64,000 bases of DNA, from NCBI GenBank assembly GCA_963759515.1, contig CAVWZR010000004.1, positions 54,674 to 118,673 on the forward strand. The letters run 5' to 3'. Positions 1 to 9,345 of this stretch are shown here, piece after piece (positions within the stretch are counted from its first letter, which is position 1; each line of letters starts with the position of its first letter). The notes below the pieces were generated by a model. That model did not search any database, was not told where the DNA came from, and worked only from the letters and a program-made list of their open reading frames with translations. The position numbers were made by a program, and so were the translations under genes. The DNA comes from an uncultured Actinomycetota bacterium. Lineage in GTDB: Bacteria; Actinomycetota; Actinomycetes; Propionibacteriales; Nocardioidaceae.

Positions 1-110
1 CCACAGCCGGCATCGGCGTGGGAGTGATGCTGTCGACCCGAGACCGGCATGATCAGCACCGGCGGCCACCCGACCGCATCGTCTCGGACGACCCACCCCG
101 GAGGTCGACC

Positions 111-466
111 ATGCGAGACCTGGCACCGGACAGCGTCCGGCAGCGGATCCTGATCGAGGGTCACTACACCGTCGACGTCGACGAGGACGTCATCCGTGAC
201 TTCTTCGCCCACATCACCGGTCGCCTCGACCTGCGCACGTACGACGTCCCGGTCATCTTCGCCCCGGGGGCGAGGGCAAGGACGACAACGCGGGCTTCGA
301 CGCGTTCGTGCCGCTGATCGACTCGGGGATCTCGCTGTACGTGTGGACCGGCCCCCGGTTCCTCTCGACCGTCGCGTTCACCTGCAAGGCCTTCGACGAG
401 GAGGTGGCGATCGAGGCCACGCGAGAGTTCTTCGCGATGTCCGAGGTCGAGCACCTGTCGTTCTAG
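111..466 (+). pseudogene. S-adenosylmethionine decarboxylase (pyruvoyl-dependent AdoMetDC) family protein, one frameshift
   Basis: SD GGAGG then ATG at 111 (MRDLAPDSVRQRILIEG). Adding one G to the G-run at 266-270 restores ...GEGKDDNAGFDAFVPLIDSGISLYVWTGPRFLSTVAFTCKAFD...HLSF* (TAG 464-466), which resembles the AdoMetDC fold. Probably intact in vivo. Confidence 0.7.
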
Positions 467-556
467 GGGAGACCCGCACCGAGGCGTGAGGCTGGCCCCT
501 GCCGCTCAGCGGCCAGCAGCCTGCCGACGCCCGGCCTTCCTTCCTAGCGTCGGGGG

Positions 557-1816
557 ATGAACTCGAGACTCCCGCTCCAGCAGTCGTGGTTCCTCGCGTC
601 GACAACCGTCGTGGGGGTGCACGTGGTGGACGACAACTACCTCCAACCGGGAGGCGCAACGAGCGCGGTCGACCACCTCGCCAGCGGCCTGGTGCCGCTG
701 GCCTTCTTGGGCGTCGCCGCCTGGTGCTACCCGAGAGCTCGCCCCGGCGCGAGGGCGGCCATCGCGATCGCCGTGGGCGTGTTCGGCCTCATCGTCGGGG
801 CGCTCGAGGCCGGCTTCCAGACCCTGGAGGTCGGCCCGTCGGGCGACGACTTCACCGGGCTGCTGGCGATCCCGGCCGGTCTCGTGCTGGTCGGTGTCGG
901 GGTGGCCGGGCTGTGGACCTCGCGTCGGCGTACCCCCCACCGGTGGTGGCGTTACCTGCGCCGGCTGCTGGTGGGCGTCGCCGGCGCCTTGGCGCTCTAC
1001 GAGGTCGCGCTCCCGATCGGCGTGGCCTACATGGCGACGCACTCGCTCCCTGCTGCTGTCAGCGCTCCACACCTCGGTGCCGCGACCACGGACGTCACGC
1101 TGCGCACGAGCGACGGGCTGGGGCTCGCAGGTTGGTACGTGCCGTCGCGCAACGGCGCCGCGGTGATCGTCTTCCCGGGGCGCTCGGGGACCCAGGGCCA
1201 GGCCCGGCTGCTGGTCGAGCACGGCTACGGCGTCCTCCTCTTCGACCGTCGTGGTGAGGGAGAGAGCGACGGCGACGGGAACCTGTTCGGCTGGGGCGGT
1301 GAGCGCGACATCTTCGCCGCGCTGGACTACCTGGGGGAGCGACCCGACGTCGACCCCGGCCGGATCGGTGGCATCGGACTCTCCGTCGGCGGCGAGCTCA
1401 TGCTCCAGGCAGCAGCCGAGGACGACCGGTTGGCCGCCGTGGTCTCGGACGGCGCCGGCACCCGGAGCCTCGCCGAGGAGCTGGAGGAGTACGACGGGAT
1501 GGAGCTCGCCCTTGCCCTGCCGTTGATCACCGTCAAGACCGGCGCTGTCGCGATCTTCGCCAACGCCACGCCACCTCCCAAGCTCACCGACCTCGTACCG
1601 CAGATCGCACCGCGGCCGGTGTTCTTCATCTGGGCTTCGACGCTGAGCGCGGTCGAGCGGATGAACCCGACGTACCGCCGACTCGTCGGCCCGAGCGCCT
1701 CGATCTGGGAGCTCAGCGACGCCCCGCACGTGCGCGGGCTCGCCACCCATCCCGAGGAGTACGAGAAGCGAGTCGTCGGCTTCTTCGACACCACGCTGCT
1801 CGGTGGCCCGGACTAG
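557..1816 (+). CDS. Membrane-anchored alpha/beta hydrolase
   Basis: N-terminal hydrophobic helices, GYGVLLFDRRGEGES, nucleophile elbow GLSVGG, C-terminal His (APHV). -10 TAGCGT 7 nt before ATG. Confidence 0.85.
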   Translation: MNSRLPLQQSWFLASTTVVGVHVVDDNYLQPGGATSAVDHLASGLVPLAFLGVAAWCYPRARPGARAAIAIAVGVFGLIVGALEAGFQTLEVGPSGDDFTGLLAIPAGLVLVGVGVAGLWTSRRRTPHRWWRYLRRLLVGVAGALALYEVALPIGVAYMATHSLPAAVSAPHLGAATTDVTLRTSDGLGLAGWYVPSRNGAAVIVFPGRSGTQGQARLLVEHGYGVLLFDRRGEGESDGDGNLFGWGGERDIFAALDYLGERPDVDPGRIGGIGLSVGGELMLQAAAEDDRLAAVVSDGAGTRSLAEELEEYDGMELALALPLITVKTGAVAIFANATPPPKLTDLVPQIAPRPVFFIWASTLSAVERMNPTYRRLVGPSASIWELSDAPHVRGLATHPEEYEKRVVGFFDTTLLGGPD

Positions 1817-2280
1817 CCGTCGTGATCGTCGTCCACGGACGCGGGCTCGCGCCGCATCAACCGGCTGAACGGGACGAACCCGAGGCTCTCCCAGAACGCG
1901 CCGCCGTGGGGGTTGCTGTCGTAGACGTCGAGGCGGAGCAGCCGGCCGGGCCAGAACTCGTCGACCGCCTGCGCGAAGAGTCGCCGCCCGAGGCCCTGAC
2001 CGCGGTGCTCGCGTACGACGAGGAACTGGCGTACGAACACATCGGCGTAGTCAGGGTCATCGCGCCAGACGACATACGCGATCGTCTGGTCGCCGCGTCG
2101 GGCGAGGGCGGCTCGGTAGCGGCCCGTCTCGAGCCACGTGCGCATGCGCTCCTCGTAGTCGGCGAGAGAGCCCACCGGCGCCGCGCCCTCGTCGCGCGAG
2201 AGCTCGGCGTTCATCTCGGCCAGGAGCGGTACCTCGTCGGCAGTGGCAGGCCGCCAGATGAGGACGTCGTCGCTGCTCAT
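1813..2280 (-). CDS. GNAT family N-acetyltransferase
   Basis: Acetyl-CoA motif VVREHRGQGLG and FWESLGF. Confidence 0.85.
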   Translation of the reverse strand: MSSDDVLIWRPATADEVPLLAEMNAELSRDEGAAPVGSLADYEERMRTWLETGRYRAALARRGDQTIAYVVWRDDPDYADVFVRQFLVVREHRGQGLGRRLFAQAVDEFWPGRLLRLDVYDSNPHGGAFWESLGFVPFSRLMRREPASVDDDHDG

Positions 2281-2365
2281 GACCCCATCCTGTCGCGGGC
2301 AGCACCCGTCCGAACGTGCGGTCACCCCCCTGGGGCGCCGGAACCGCGGCGGCGAGAATGGTGGT

Positions 2366-2749
2366 GTGACCGATGTGCGCGTGCTCGTGGTGGACGACCA
2401 GGACGCCTACCGCCGTGCCATGACGGCCGTGGTGGAGGAGACGTCCGGCTTCGTCGTCGTCGGCTCCGCGTCGAGCGGGGAGGAGTCGCTGGTCGCGGCA
2501 GGAGAGCTCGGGCCGGACCTCGTGCTCATGGACGTGAACCTCCCGGGCATGGACGGCATCGAGGCCGCCTCGCGGCTCACCGACACGGCGGTGGTCGTGC
2601 TGCTGTCGACGTACGACGAGGACGAGTTCGACAGCGCCGGATGCGGCGCGGCGGCGTACGTCTCGAAGGCGGCGTTCAGCCCCGAGCGCCTGCAGCAGGT
2701 GTGGCAGGAGTCGCGGCCTGCTCCGGGACGGCCGGCAGCCGGATCGTGA
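2366..2749 (+). CDS. Single-domain response regulator (receiver only)
   Basis: VLVVDD, DLVLMDVNLPGMDG, LLST, YVSK; no output domain. GTG start 6 nt after -10 GAGAAT. Confidence 0.85.
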   Translation: MTDVRVLVVDDQDAYRRAMTAVVEETSGFVVVGSASSGEESLVAAGELGPDLVLMDVNLPGMDGIEAASRLTDTAVVVLLSTYDEDEFDSAGCGAAAYVSKAAFSPERLQQVWQESRPAPGRPAAGS

Positions 2750-4730
2750 GCCGGCCCGGGGCGTCGGTGTACGAACCGCCGGCCGCCTCCACGCGATCGG
2801 CCATCGCGAGCAGGTCCAGGTCGTCGCGTCGTGGCCCGCTGAGCGTCACGACGATCTCGGCGTCGACCAGGTCCACGGCGACGTCTCCGGGGTCACCCGG
2901 GGACCCGAGCATCTCGATGCAGCAGAAGTAGACGGCCGCCTCCACGCGCTCGGCGTACCTCATCCCCGCGAGGCCGGGGTCGAGCGACAGGACCGCGCTG
3001 CGGCCGTTCCGGTCGGCGTACGACGTGAGGGCGGCGAGCGGCCCGGATCGGGTGAGGAGCGTGGGATAGATCCCCCGCGTCAGCTCGCGGAGTGCCTCGA
3101 GGGCGGACGTCGCACGCTCGACGTACGACGCGGCCGTGACCTCGTCGACGCGTGCCGGTCCGTCGGCGAGATCGGCGCGGAGGGAGTCCATGGCCGGCAG
3201 GACCTCGCGGGCCAGGGCCGACTCGAGCCGCCGACGCTCCGTGTCGGCCGCGTCGATGAGCCGACGGCGCGATGCGTCCAGGGCGCCGGTCCGCTCGTCG
3301 AGCCGCTCGACCTGGGCGGCGAGCTCGACCTGGAGCCGGACGTTGCGGAAGGCGACCGCGGCCTGGTCGGCGATGTTCGCGAGCATGCGGGCCTCGAAGG
3401 GGCGCACGTCACGTCCCGCCGGGATGTCGAGCCCGATCGACCCCAACGGGCCTTGCTCGTCGGCGATCGGGACGATGCGTCCGGAGGGCTCGGGCGCCCC
3501 TGCGGCGCCGGAGGGCCACACCTCGAACCGGTCGGGGCCCCCGTCCACCTCGAGCCGGACGACGGCCCGATCCGCGGCCACCGCCTGGCCGGCCGCCGCC
3601 GCGATCGCCGGGAGAACGGCTCCCGGTGCAGGGCTCCGGCCGATCCGACGGCTGAACGAGGCGAGGGCGTCGTACGGCGCGGCGCGGGAGCCGTAGGCCA
3701 GTCGGTCGGCAAGGCGCACGACAGCGTTGCGCAGCGGTTGGAAGGCGAGAGCCACCACGGACATCGCGACCAGCGAGGCCCAGAAGCCGCCGGTCCGGTG
3801 TCCGGCCGCTCGGCCGAGGGCGACCACCAGACCGACGTACCCGGCTGCGCCGAACCCGGCGGCGACCGCGACGACCAGCCCGCGGCTGAGGATGAGCTCG
3901 ACGTCGTACAGGCGGTAGCGGAGCACGGCCACCGCGATGCACACGACGAGGAAGGCGTACGAGCCGTACAGCACCAGGCTCGACCAGACCTGCTGGGATC
4001 CGCCATGGATGGCCTCGTTCGCGAGGAGGACCAACAGCCCGAGGCCGACCGAGGCGGCGCCGACGGCCACGATGCGCACCTGTTGGCGCACCTGGCCGTG
4101 CGACCGGCGCAGACGGATGGCGAGACAGGTCACCGACGCCAGGAGAGCAGCCAGGATGAGGAGGATGCCGGCCGCGAAGAACACCTGCGCGAGCACGTGA
4201 CCTCCCGCGGCGTCCGTTTCCTTCGTGCTGATCACGTGCGGCCCGACGATGACGACGCCGCTCGCGAACAGCCCGTATCCGGCGACCGCCGTCACGATGA
4301 CCCAGCGCCAGCCTCGCGCCAGGAGACGACCGTCGGGGACGAGCAGGAAGGTCACCGCGAGCCCGGCCAGGGCGAGGGACCCACCGCTCAGCGACGACAG
4401 CGCGCCGACCAGCTCGGCGAGGCGCACCGGGCCGGGGCCACCCTCGAACAGGACCCAGTGGGTGTACGACTCGCCGACCAGCGACCAGGAGGTGGTGACG
4501 CCGATGACGTTGAGCAGCCAGCCGATCGGTTGACGGCGATCGCTGCTCACGATCACCGCACCGAGGACGCCGCAGCCAGCGGCGGCCATGTCGACGAGGG
4601 GCCAGCCGTGGATGCCCACCGACTGGGACGAGAAGAGACCGATCGACCCGGACACGATGGCGGTGTCGAGGGTGATGAAGACGAGTCCGGCCACCGCCAG
4701 CGTCCACGCGACCCGTGCCGGCGGGGTCAC
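2676..4730 (-). CDS. Multi-TM GAF-containing histidine kinase-like protein with degenerate catalytic motifs (pseudokinase)
   Basis: About 9-10 hydrophobic segments, VLRYRLYDVE, GAF-like region. ERRRLESALARE stands where the H-box should be, and the N/G1/G2 boxes are eroded. Confidence 0.8.
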   Translation of the reverse strand: MTPPARVAWTLAVAGLVFITLDTAIVSGSIGLFSSQSVGIHGWPLVDMAAAGCGVLGAVIVSSDRRQPIGWLLNVIGVTTSWSLVGESYTHWVLFEGGPGPVRLAELVGALSSLSGGSLALAGLAVTFLLVPDGRLLARGWRWVIVTAVAGYGLFASGVVIVGPHVISTKETDAAGGHVLAQVFFAAGILLILAALLASVTCLAIRLRRSHGQVRQQVRIVAVGAASVGLGLLVLLANEAIHGGSQQVWSSLVLYGSYAFLVVCIAVAVLRYRLYDVELILSRGLVVAVAAGFGAAGYVGLVVALGRAAGHRTGGFWASLVAMSVVALAFQPLRNAVVRLADRLAYGSRAAPYDALASFSRRIGRSPAPGAVLPAIAAAAGQAVAADRAVVRLEVDGGPDRFEVWPSGAAGAPEPSGRIVPIADEQGPLGSIGLDIPAGRDVRPFEARMLANIADQAAVAFRNVRLQVELAAQVERLDERTGALDASRRRLIDAADTERRRLESALAREVLPAMDSLRADLADGPARVDEVTAASYVERATSALEALRELTRGIYPTLLTRSGPLAALTSYADRNGRSAVLSLDPGLAGMRYAERVEAAVYFCCIEMLGSPGDPGDVAVDLVDAEIVVTLSGPRRDDLDLLAMADRVEAAGGSYTDAPGRLTIRLPAVPEQAATPATPAAGARG

Positions 4731-6028
4731 GACGTCGCCCCCGCGCCGACCGGCACCGGCACTGTCGCGTTGACCGTGGCTCCGCGGCCGGGGACGGACT
4801 CCAACGTGAAGGTGCCCTGCATCGCGTCGATCCGATCGCGCATGTTGCCGAGTCCGTGGCCCGTGGACCCCGCTGTCGTCTCGAACCCGCGGCCGTCGTC
4901 GCGCACCTGCAGGCTCACCCGCCGGCCGTCCGAGGTGAGGTCGACCGCGATCACTGAAGCCCTAGCGTGCTTCACGGCGTTCTGGATGGCCTCGACGGCG
5001 AAGAAGTAGAGAGCCGCCTCGATGTCGCTCGGGAGCCGGCCGACGTCCTGGTCGGTGACCGAGATCGGGGCTCCGGTCCCACCGGACACCTCTCGCAGGG
5101 CCGGGCCGACGCCGTGCTCGACGAGGGTGCGCGGGTAGAGCCCACGAGCCAGGTCGACCAGCGTGCCGATCGCCGCGTCGACCGCGGCCACCTGCTCGGC
5201 GAGCACCGCTCGGGAGCGATCGGGTGCCCTCTCGGCCAGCGTCTGCGCCAGCCGGAGGTTGACCACCAGCGCCACCAGGTGTTGCTGGGCGCCGTCGTGG
5301 ATGTCTCGCTCGAGCCGCCGCCGTTCCGCGTCGTGGGCGTCGACGAGACGACGTCGGGACTCCTGCAGCTCCTCTGCCCGTACGGCGAGGTCGGCGGCGC
5401 GCCGCGCGAGCTCGGCACGGAGGCGGCTGCGATGGAGGACCATCCCGGCCTGGGCGGCGAGGTCGGCGAGCAGACGCTCCTCGATGGGGCCGAAGGGCGT
5501 GTCCTCCTGCTCGCGCACGCGCAGCGTGCCGAGGTGCTCGCCGTCCAGCTGGACGTCGCGTGCGTGGAGACCCTGCTCGTGCGGGTCCGGGGCGGCATCG
5601 GGCGGCCACGTGGCCGCGAGCTCGAGCGCGCCGCCCACCATCACCCAGACCTGGGCCCAGGCCGCCCCGGTCCCGGTCGCGAGGTGTCGGGCCAGCCGGG
5701 TGGGGAGATCGAAGGCACCCGACTCCGGGTCGCCGCCTGCGTCGACCAGCGAGTCCGTGAAGCCGCTCAGCACGTCGTACGGCGCGCGTCGCCCGCCACC
5801 CAGCCGCTCGGTCACGACGGATCGCAGGGTGGCGCGGAGGGGTTCGAGGCCGAGCGCCACCAGGGCGGTGGCGACGACCGAGAGCGCGACGTTCGGAGAG
5901 TCGGTGCGGCCGATGACCAAGCCACCGCCGAGCACCACCACGACGTACACGACGGCAACGGCGAGGAGCGTGCCGAGCGTGACCACGACCGACGTACGCC
6001 GGTCGTCGGCCCCTCGCGGCACACTCAT
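4727..6028 (-). CDS. Sensor histidine kinase (HisKA_3/HATPase_c, GAF-like)
   Basis: H-box ERRRLERDIHDGAQQ, N-box EAIQNAVKHA, G1 DDGRGF, G2 GHGLGNM. GTGA overlap with the downstream gene. Confidence 0.92.
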   Translation of the reverse strand: MSVPRGADDRRTSVVVTLGTLLAVAVVYVVVVLGGGLVIGRTDSPNVALSVVATALVALGLEPLRATLRSVVTERLGGGRRAPYDVLSGFTDSLVDAGGDPESGAFDLPTRLARHLATGTGAAWAQVWVMVGGALELAATWPPDAAPDPHEQGLHARDVQLDGEHLGTLRVREQEDTPFGPIEERLLADLAAQAGMVLHRSRLRAELARRAADLAVRAEELQESRRRLVDAHDAERRRLERDIHDGAQQHLVALVVNLRLAQTLAERAPDRSRAVLAEQVAAVDAAIGTLVDLARGLYPRTLVEHGVGPALREVSGGTGAPISVTDQDVGRLPSDIEAALYFFAVEAIQNAVKHARASVIAVDLTSDGRRVSLQVRDDGRGFETTAGSTGHGLGNMRDRIDAMQGTFTLESVPGRGATVNATVPVPVGAGATS

Positions 6029-6074
6029 GGCAGCCTCACAGCAGCAGTGTGGTGGACATCCTGTCGCCGACGGC

Positions 6075-6113
6075 AGGGGAGCAGCCGCTCACCGGGAGTG
6101 CGGAAAACCGCAC
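6075..6113 (-). promoter_or_regulatory. Putative response-regulator boxes upstream of the kinase operon
   Basis: Perfect GTGCGG-AAAA-CCGCAC at 6098-6113 and a degenerate copy at 6075-6090. Candidate -10 CACACT at 6051-6046. Confidence 0.55.
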
Positions 6114-6134
6114 GATGCGCTCAGCCGAGCCGGA

Positions 6135-6803
6135 TCACCGCGTGGCCTCGACGTAGGCGAGCACGGCCGAGACGCGGCGGTTCGTCTCGCCCTCGTCGAG
6201 CAGACCCAGCTTCAGGAACACCGAGCTGATGTGCTTCTCGACGGACCGCTCGCTCATGAAGAGCGTCCGCGCGATCGTGGCGTTCGTCCGGCCCGTCGCC
6301 ATCTGCTCCAGCACCTGACGCTCCTTGTCGGTCAGGCCGCGCAGCGGCGATCCTGCCTCGGCGGTACGGCGAGCCATCAGCCCCTCGACCACCTTCGGGT
6401 CGAGGGCGGAACCGCCGCGGGAGACGTCCTGGAGGGCGCGGACGAGCTCGTCGATGTCGGAGATGCGTTCCTTCAGGAGGTAGCCGAGTCCGGCGACGCC
6501 GTCGGCGAGAAGGTCGAACGCGTAGTCCTCCTCGACGTACTGCGAGAGGACGACGACGCCGACGTCGGGGTACTCGACCCGGATCTGCTTGGCCGCGTCG
6601 ATCCCCTCGGTGGTGTGGGTCGGCGGCATCCGGATGTCGGTGAGCACGGCGTCCGGCCGGTGCTCCGCGACGGCCGCGAGCAGGGCCTGCGCGTCCCCCA
6701 CGCTGTCGACCAGCTCGAGGTCGTCGACCTCGGCCAGGAGCTTGGCCACTCCTTCGCGCACCAGGAAGTTGTCGTCGGCCAGCACGACGCGAAGAGCCCC
6801 CAT
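6135..6803 (-). CDS. NarL/FixJ-family response regulator (REC + LuxR HTH)
   Basis: VVLADD, LTDIRMPP, LLKE, LTDKERQVLEQMATG..N..IA..LFMSERSVEKH. -10 TACGCT 6 nt before ATG. Confidence 0.93.
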   Translation of the reverse strand: MGALRVVLADDNFLVREGVAKLLAEVDDLELVDSVGDAQALLAAVAEHRPDAVLTDIRMPPTHTTEGIDAAKQIRVEYPDVGVVVLSQYVEEDYAFDLLADGVAGLGYLLKERISDIDELVRALQDVSRGGSALDPKVVEGLMARRTAEAGSPLRGLTDKERQVLEQMATGRTNATIARTLFMSERSVEKHISSVFLKLGLLDEGETNRRVSAVLAYVEATR

Positions 6804-6844
6804 GGACGGAGCGTAGGGGATCGCGGACACCCGGAACGCCGATG

Positions 6845-6880
6845 CCGGTGCGGCCGCTCCCAGGGGAGCGACCGCACCGG
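6845..6880 (-). terminator. GC-rich hairpin after the MMPL gene (terminator and/or operator)
   Basis: ccggtgcggccgctccc / gggagcgaccgcaccgg inverted repeat with one mismatch; no U-tract. Confidence 0.5.
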
Positions 6881-6898
6881 CTCAGGACGAGGACCGAT

Positions 6899-9094
6899 TC
6901 ACACCAGGACGGGGGTCCGGTCCGGCTGCGACTGCGGCTCGGCCTGCTCCTCTCCGTCGTGCGCGCCGCCTTCGAGGTCGATCCTCGGCAACCGGCGGTC
7001 GAGCCACTCCGGCAGCCACCAGGCACGGTGGCCGAGCAGGCTCATCGCCGCCGGCACCAGCACCATCCGGACCAGCGTGACGTCGAGCAGGACCGCGACC
7101 GAGAGGCCGATGCCGAACATCTTGGTCGTCACGTCCACGTCGAGGATGAACGACCCGAACACGCTGATCATGATGATCGCGGCGCTGGTGATGATCTTGG
7201 CCGTCGAGCCGACGCCCTCGACCACAGCGCGACCAGGGTTGCGGTGCTTCAGGTACTGCTCACGCACCCGGCTCATCAAGAAGACCTCGTAGTCCATCGA
7301 CAGGCCGAACAGGATCGCGAACATCAGCATCGGTGCCAAGGGCATGATCGGCACGGACTCGTGGACGCCGATCAGGCTTGCGCCCCAGCCCCACTGGAAG
7401 ACCGCCACGATGACGCCGTACGCCGCCCCGACACCCAGCACGTTGAGCAGTGCCGCCTTCAACGGGACGAGCACCGAGCGGAACACGACCATCAGCACGA
7501 GGAACGACAGACCGATCACCGCTCCGAGGAACAGCGGCATGCGCTGCTGCAACCGTGACGAGACGTCGTCGGTCAGTGCGGTCGCACCGGTGACGGATGC
7601 CTCGACGTCGGTTCCCTGCAGTGCCTGCGGGAGAACATCCGCGCGGATGTCCGCGAGCAGCTCCCCGGTCTTCGTGTCCTGCGGGGACGTGGTCGGCGTG
7701 ACGGTCAGGATCGCGATGTCCGCGGCCTTGTTCGTCGTGGGCCGTCCGACCGAGGCGACGCCCGGCTCCGCAGCCAGTGCCGTCCCGACCTTGCTGATGG
7801 CGTCCTGCGGGACGGTGCCACCGTCGGCCTCGAGCACGACCTCGAGCGGACCGTTGGTCCCGGGGCCGTATCCATCCGCCATCAGGTCGTACGCGTGGCG
7901 GGTGGTCGAGTCCGGGGCGTCGTTGCCGGCGTCAGCGAACCCGAGGTGCATCGAGAACACGGGGATGGCCAGGATCCCGAGCACCACGGCAGCTGCACTG
8001 CCGTACCGGACCGGCTTGTTGACCACGCGCTGGGCCCAACGGGCGGACTTGGCGTCGGGGTCGTAGGCCGGCTTCGACCTGACGAACGGGATGCGGGCGC
8101 TGTTCACCTTGTGCTTGACGACGCCGAGCATGGCGGGAAGCAGCGTGATCGAGGCCAGCATGGTGACGGCCACCATGATCGCCGAGCCGTAACCCATCAT
8201 CGACATCATCGGGATGCCCGACACCTTCAGGCCGAGGATCGCCACGATCACCGTGACGCCGGCGAAGAGCACCGACAGACCCGCTGTTGCGTTGGCGCGA
8301 CCGATGGCCACGGGGACGGTCTGACCGGATGCCAGGTTCTGACGGTGCCGGGCCAGGATGAACAGGGCGTAGTCGATGCCGACACCGAGGCCGAGCATCA
8401 TCGCCACGACACCGGTGATCGAGGGGACCGGCACGAGACCGGACATGATCCCGATCGCACTGCTCCCGATCACGAGCGCCAACAAGGCAGACACGATCGG
8501 CAGGCTCATCGCAACCAGGGAACCGAACGCGATCGCGAGGATCAGGACGGCCATCAGGATGCCGATCAGCTCGCTGTTGCCGCCGGCGGGGGCGTTCGCG
8601 TAGCCGAGGCCGCCGTCGTACTCGACCTGGATCCCGGCGTCGCGAAGGTCTTGGACGGCCTTCTCAGCGGCCTCGAAGTCGGCCTTCTCGACCTTCTCGG
8701 TGTCGAAGCCGACGGTGGCGAATGCGGTCTGACCGTCCTTGCTGACGGTCGGGCCGCGTGGGTCGTAGGGACTGCTGACGGCGATCACGTGAGGACCGGC
8801 CTCGAGCTCTGTGACGGCCTGCTCGATGGCGTGCTCGGTCTCAGGCGACGTCAGTCCGTCCTCGGAGTGGAAGACGACGTTGGACGAGTAGAGCGTCTCC
8901 TGCGGGAAGCGGTCCTGGATGGCGTCCACCGCGCGTTGCGACTCGGCACCGGGGAGGCTGAAGCTCTCGTCGGGAGCTCCGCCGATCGAACCGTTCAGGA
9001 GGAAGACCGCTCCGGCGACCACGAGCCAGGCGGAGATGACCCGCCACGGGTGACGGCCGGAGAAGTTCCCGATCTTGTAGAGGAGGTGAGACAT
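6899..9094 (-). CDS. MMPL (RND superfamily) transporter
   Basis: Two membrane repeats with GVGIDYALF and GLSMDYEVF. SD AAAGG before ATG 9094; alternative in-frame start at 9151. Confidence 0.93.
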   Translation of the reverse strand: MSHLLYKIGNFSGRHPWRVISAWLVVAGAVFLLNGSIGGAPDESFSLPGAESQRAVDAIQDRFPQETLYSSNVVFHSEDGLTSPETEHAIEQAVTELEAGPHVIAVSSPYDPRGPTVSKDGQTAFATVGFDTEKVEKADFEAAEKAVQDLRDAGIQVEYDGGLGYANAPAGGNSELIGILMAVLILAIAFGSLVAMSLPIVSALLALVIGSSAIGIMSGLVPVPSITGVVAMMLGLGVGIDYALFILARHRQNLASGQTVPVAIGRANATAGLSVLFAGVTVIVAILGLKVSGIPMMSMMGYGSAIMVAVTMLASITLLPAMLGVVKHKVNSARIPFVRSKPAYDPDAKSARWAQRVVNKPVRYGSAAAVVLGILAIPVFSMHLGFADAGNDAPDSTTRHAYDLMADGYGPGTNGPLEVVLEADGGTVPQDAISKVGTALAAEPGVASVGRPTTNKAADIAILTVTPTTSPQDTKTGELLADIRADVLPQALQGTDVEASVTGATALTDDVSSRLQQRMPLFLGAVIGLSFLVLMVVFRSVLVPLKAALLNVLGVGAAYGVIVAVFQWGWGASLIGVHESVPIMPLAPMLMFAILFGLSMDYEVFLMSRVREQYLKHRNPGRAVVEGVGSTAKIITSAAIIMISVFGSFILDVDVTTKMFGIGLSVAVLLDVTLVRMVLVPAAMSLLGHRAWWLPEWLDRRLPRIDLEGGAHDGEEQAEPQSQPDRTPVLV

Positions 9095-9240
9095 GGCAAA
9101 ACCTTTCGACGGTGGAGTGGGGCTGGGTGACTGGTGCGTGAAGCGGGACATCGTGATTCCTTTGCGACTGGCTGGAAGTGGTGGTGGGCGGGGGCCCGAG
9201 ACCCACTCCTCGAAGGTAGGAATTCCGCGGCTCCCGCTCC

Positions 9241-9311
9241 ATGGCGTAGGCCGCACACCCGCCGAGGCAGACCGCGCCCACGACCGTCACCCGAGGGGCG
9301 GGAAACCGCAT
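9241..9311 (-). promoter_or_regulatory. Putative response-regulator boxes upstream of the MMPL gene
   Basis: gggcgggaaaccgcat (9296-9311) matches the 6098 box at 13/16; weaker copies at 9262-9277 and 9241-9256. Candidate -10 TACCTT at 9218-9213. Confidence 0.5.
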
Positions 9312-9345
9312 GCGGGGACGTGGGGTGAGCGCCTAGCGTCAGTGC

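Noticed and set aside
38-87. ccgagac/gtctcgg stem upstream of the AdoMetDC-like gene as a SAM riboswitch
   Set aside because: Only a 7-bp stem, no recognisable SAM-riboswitch consensus, and the region is cut by the window edge.
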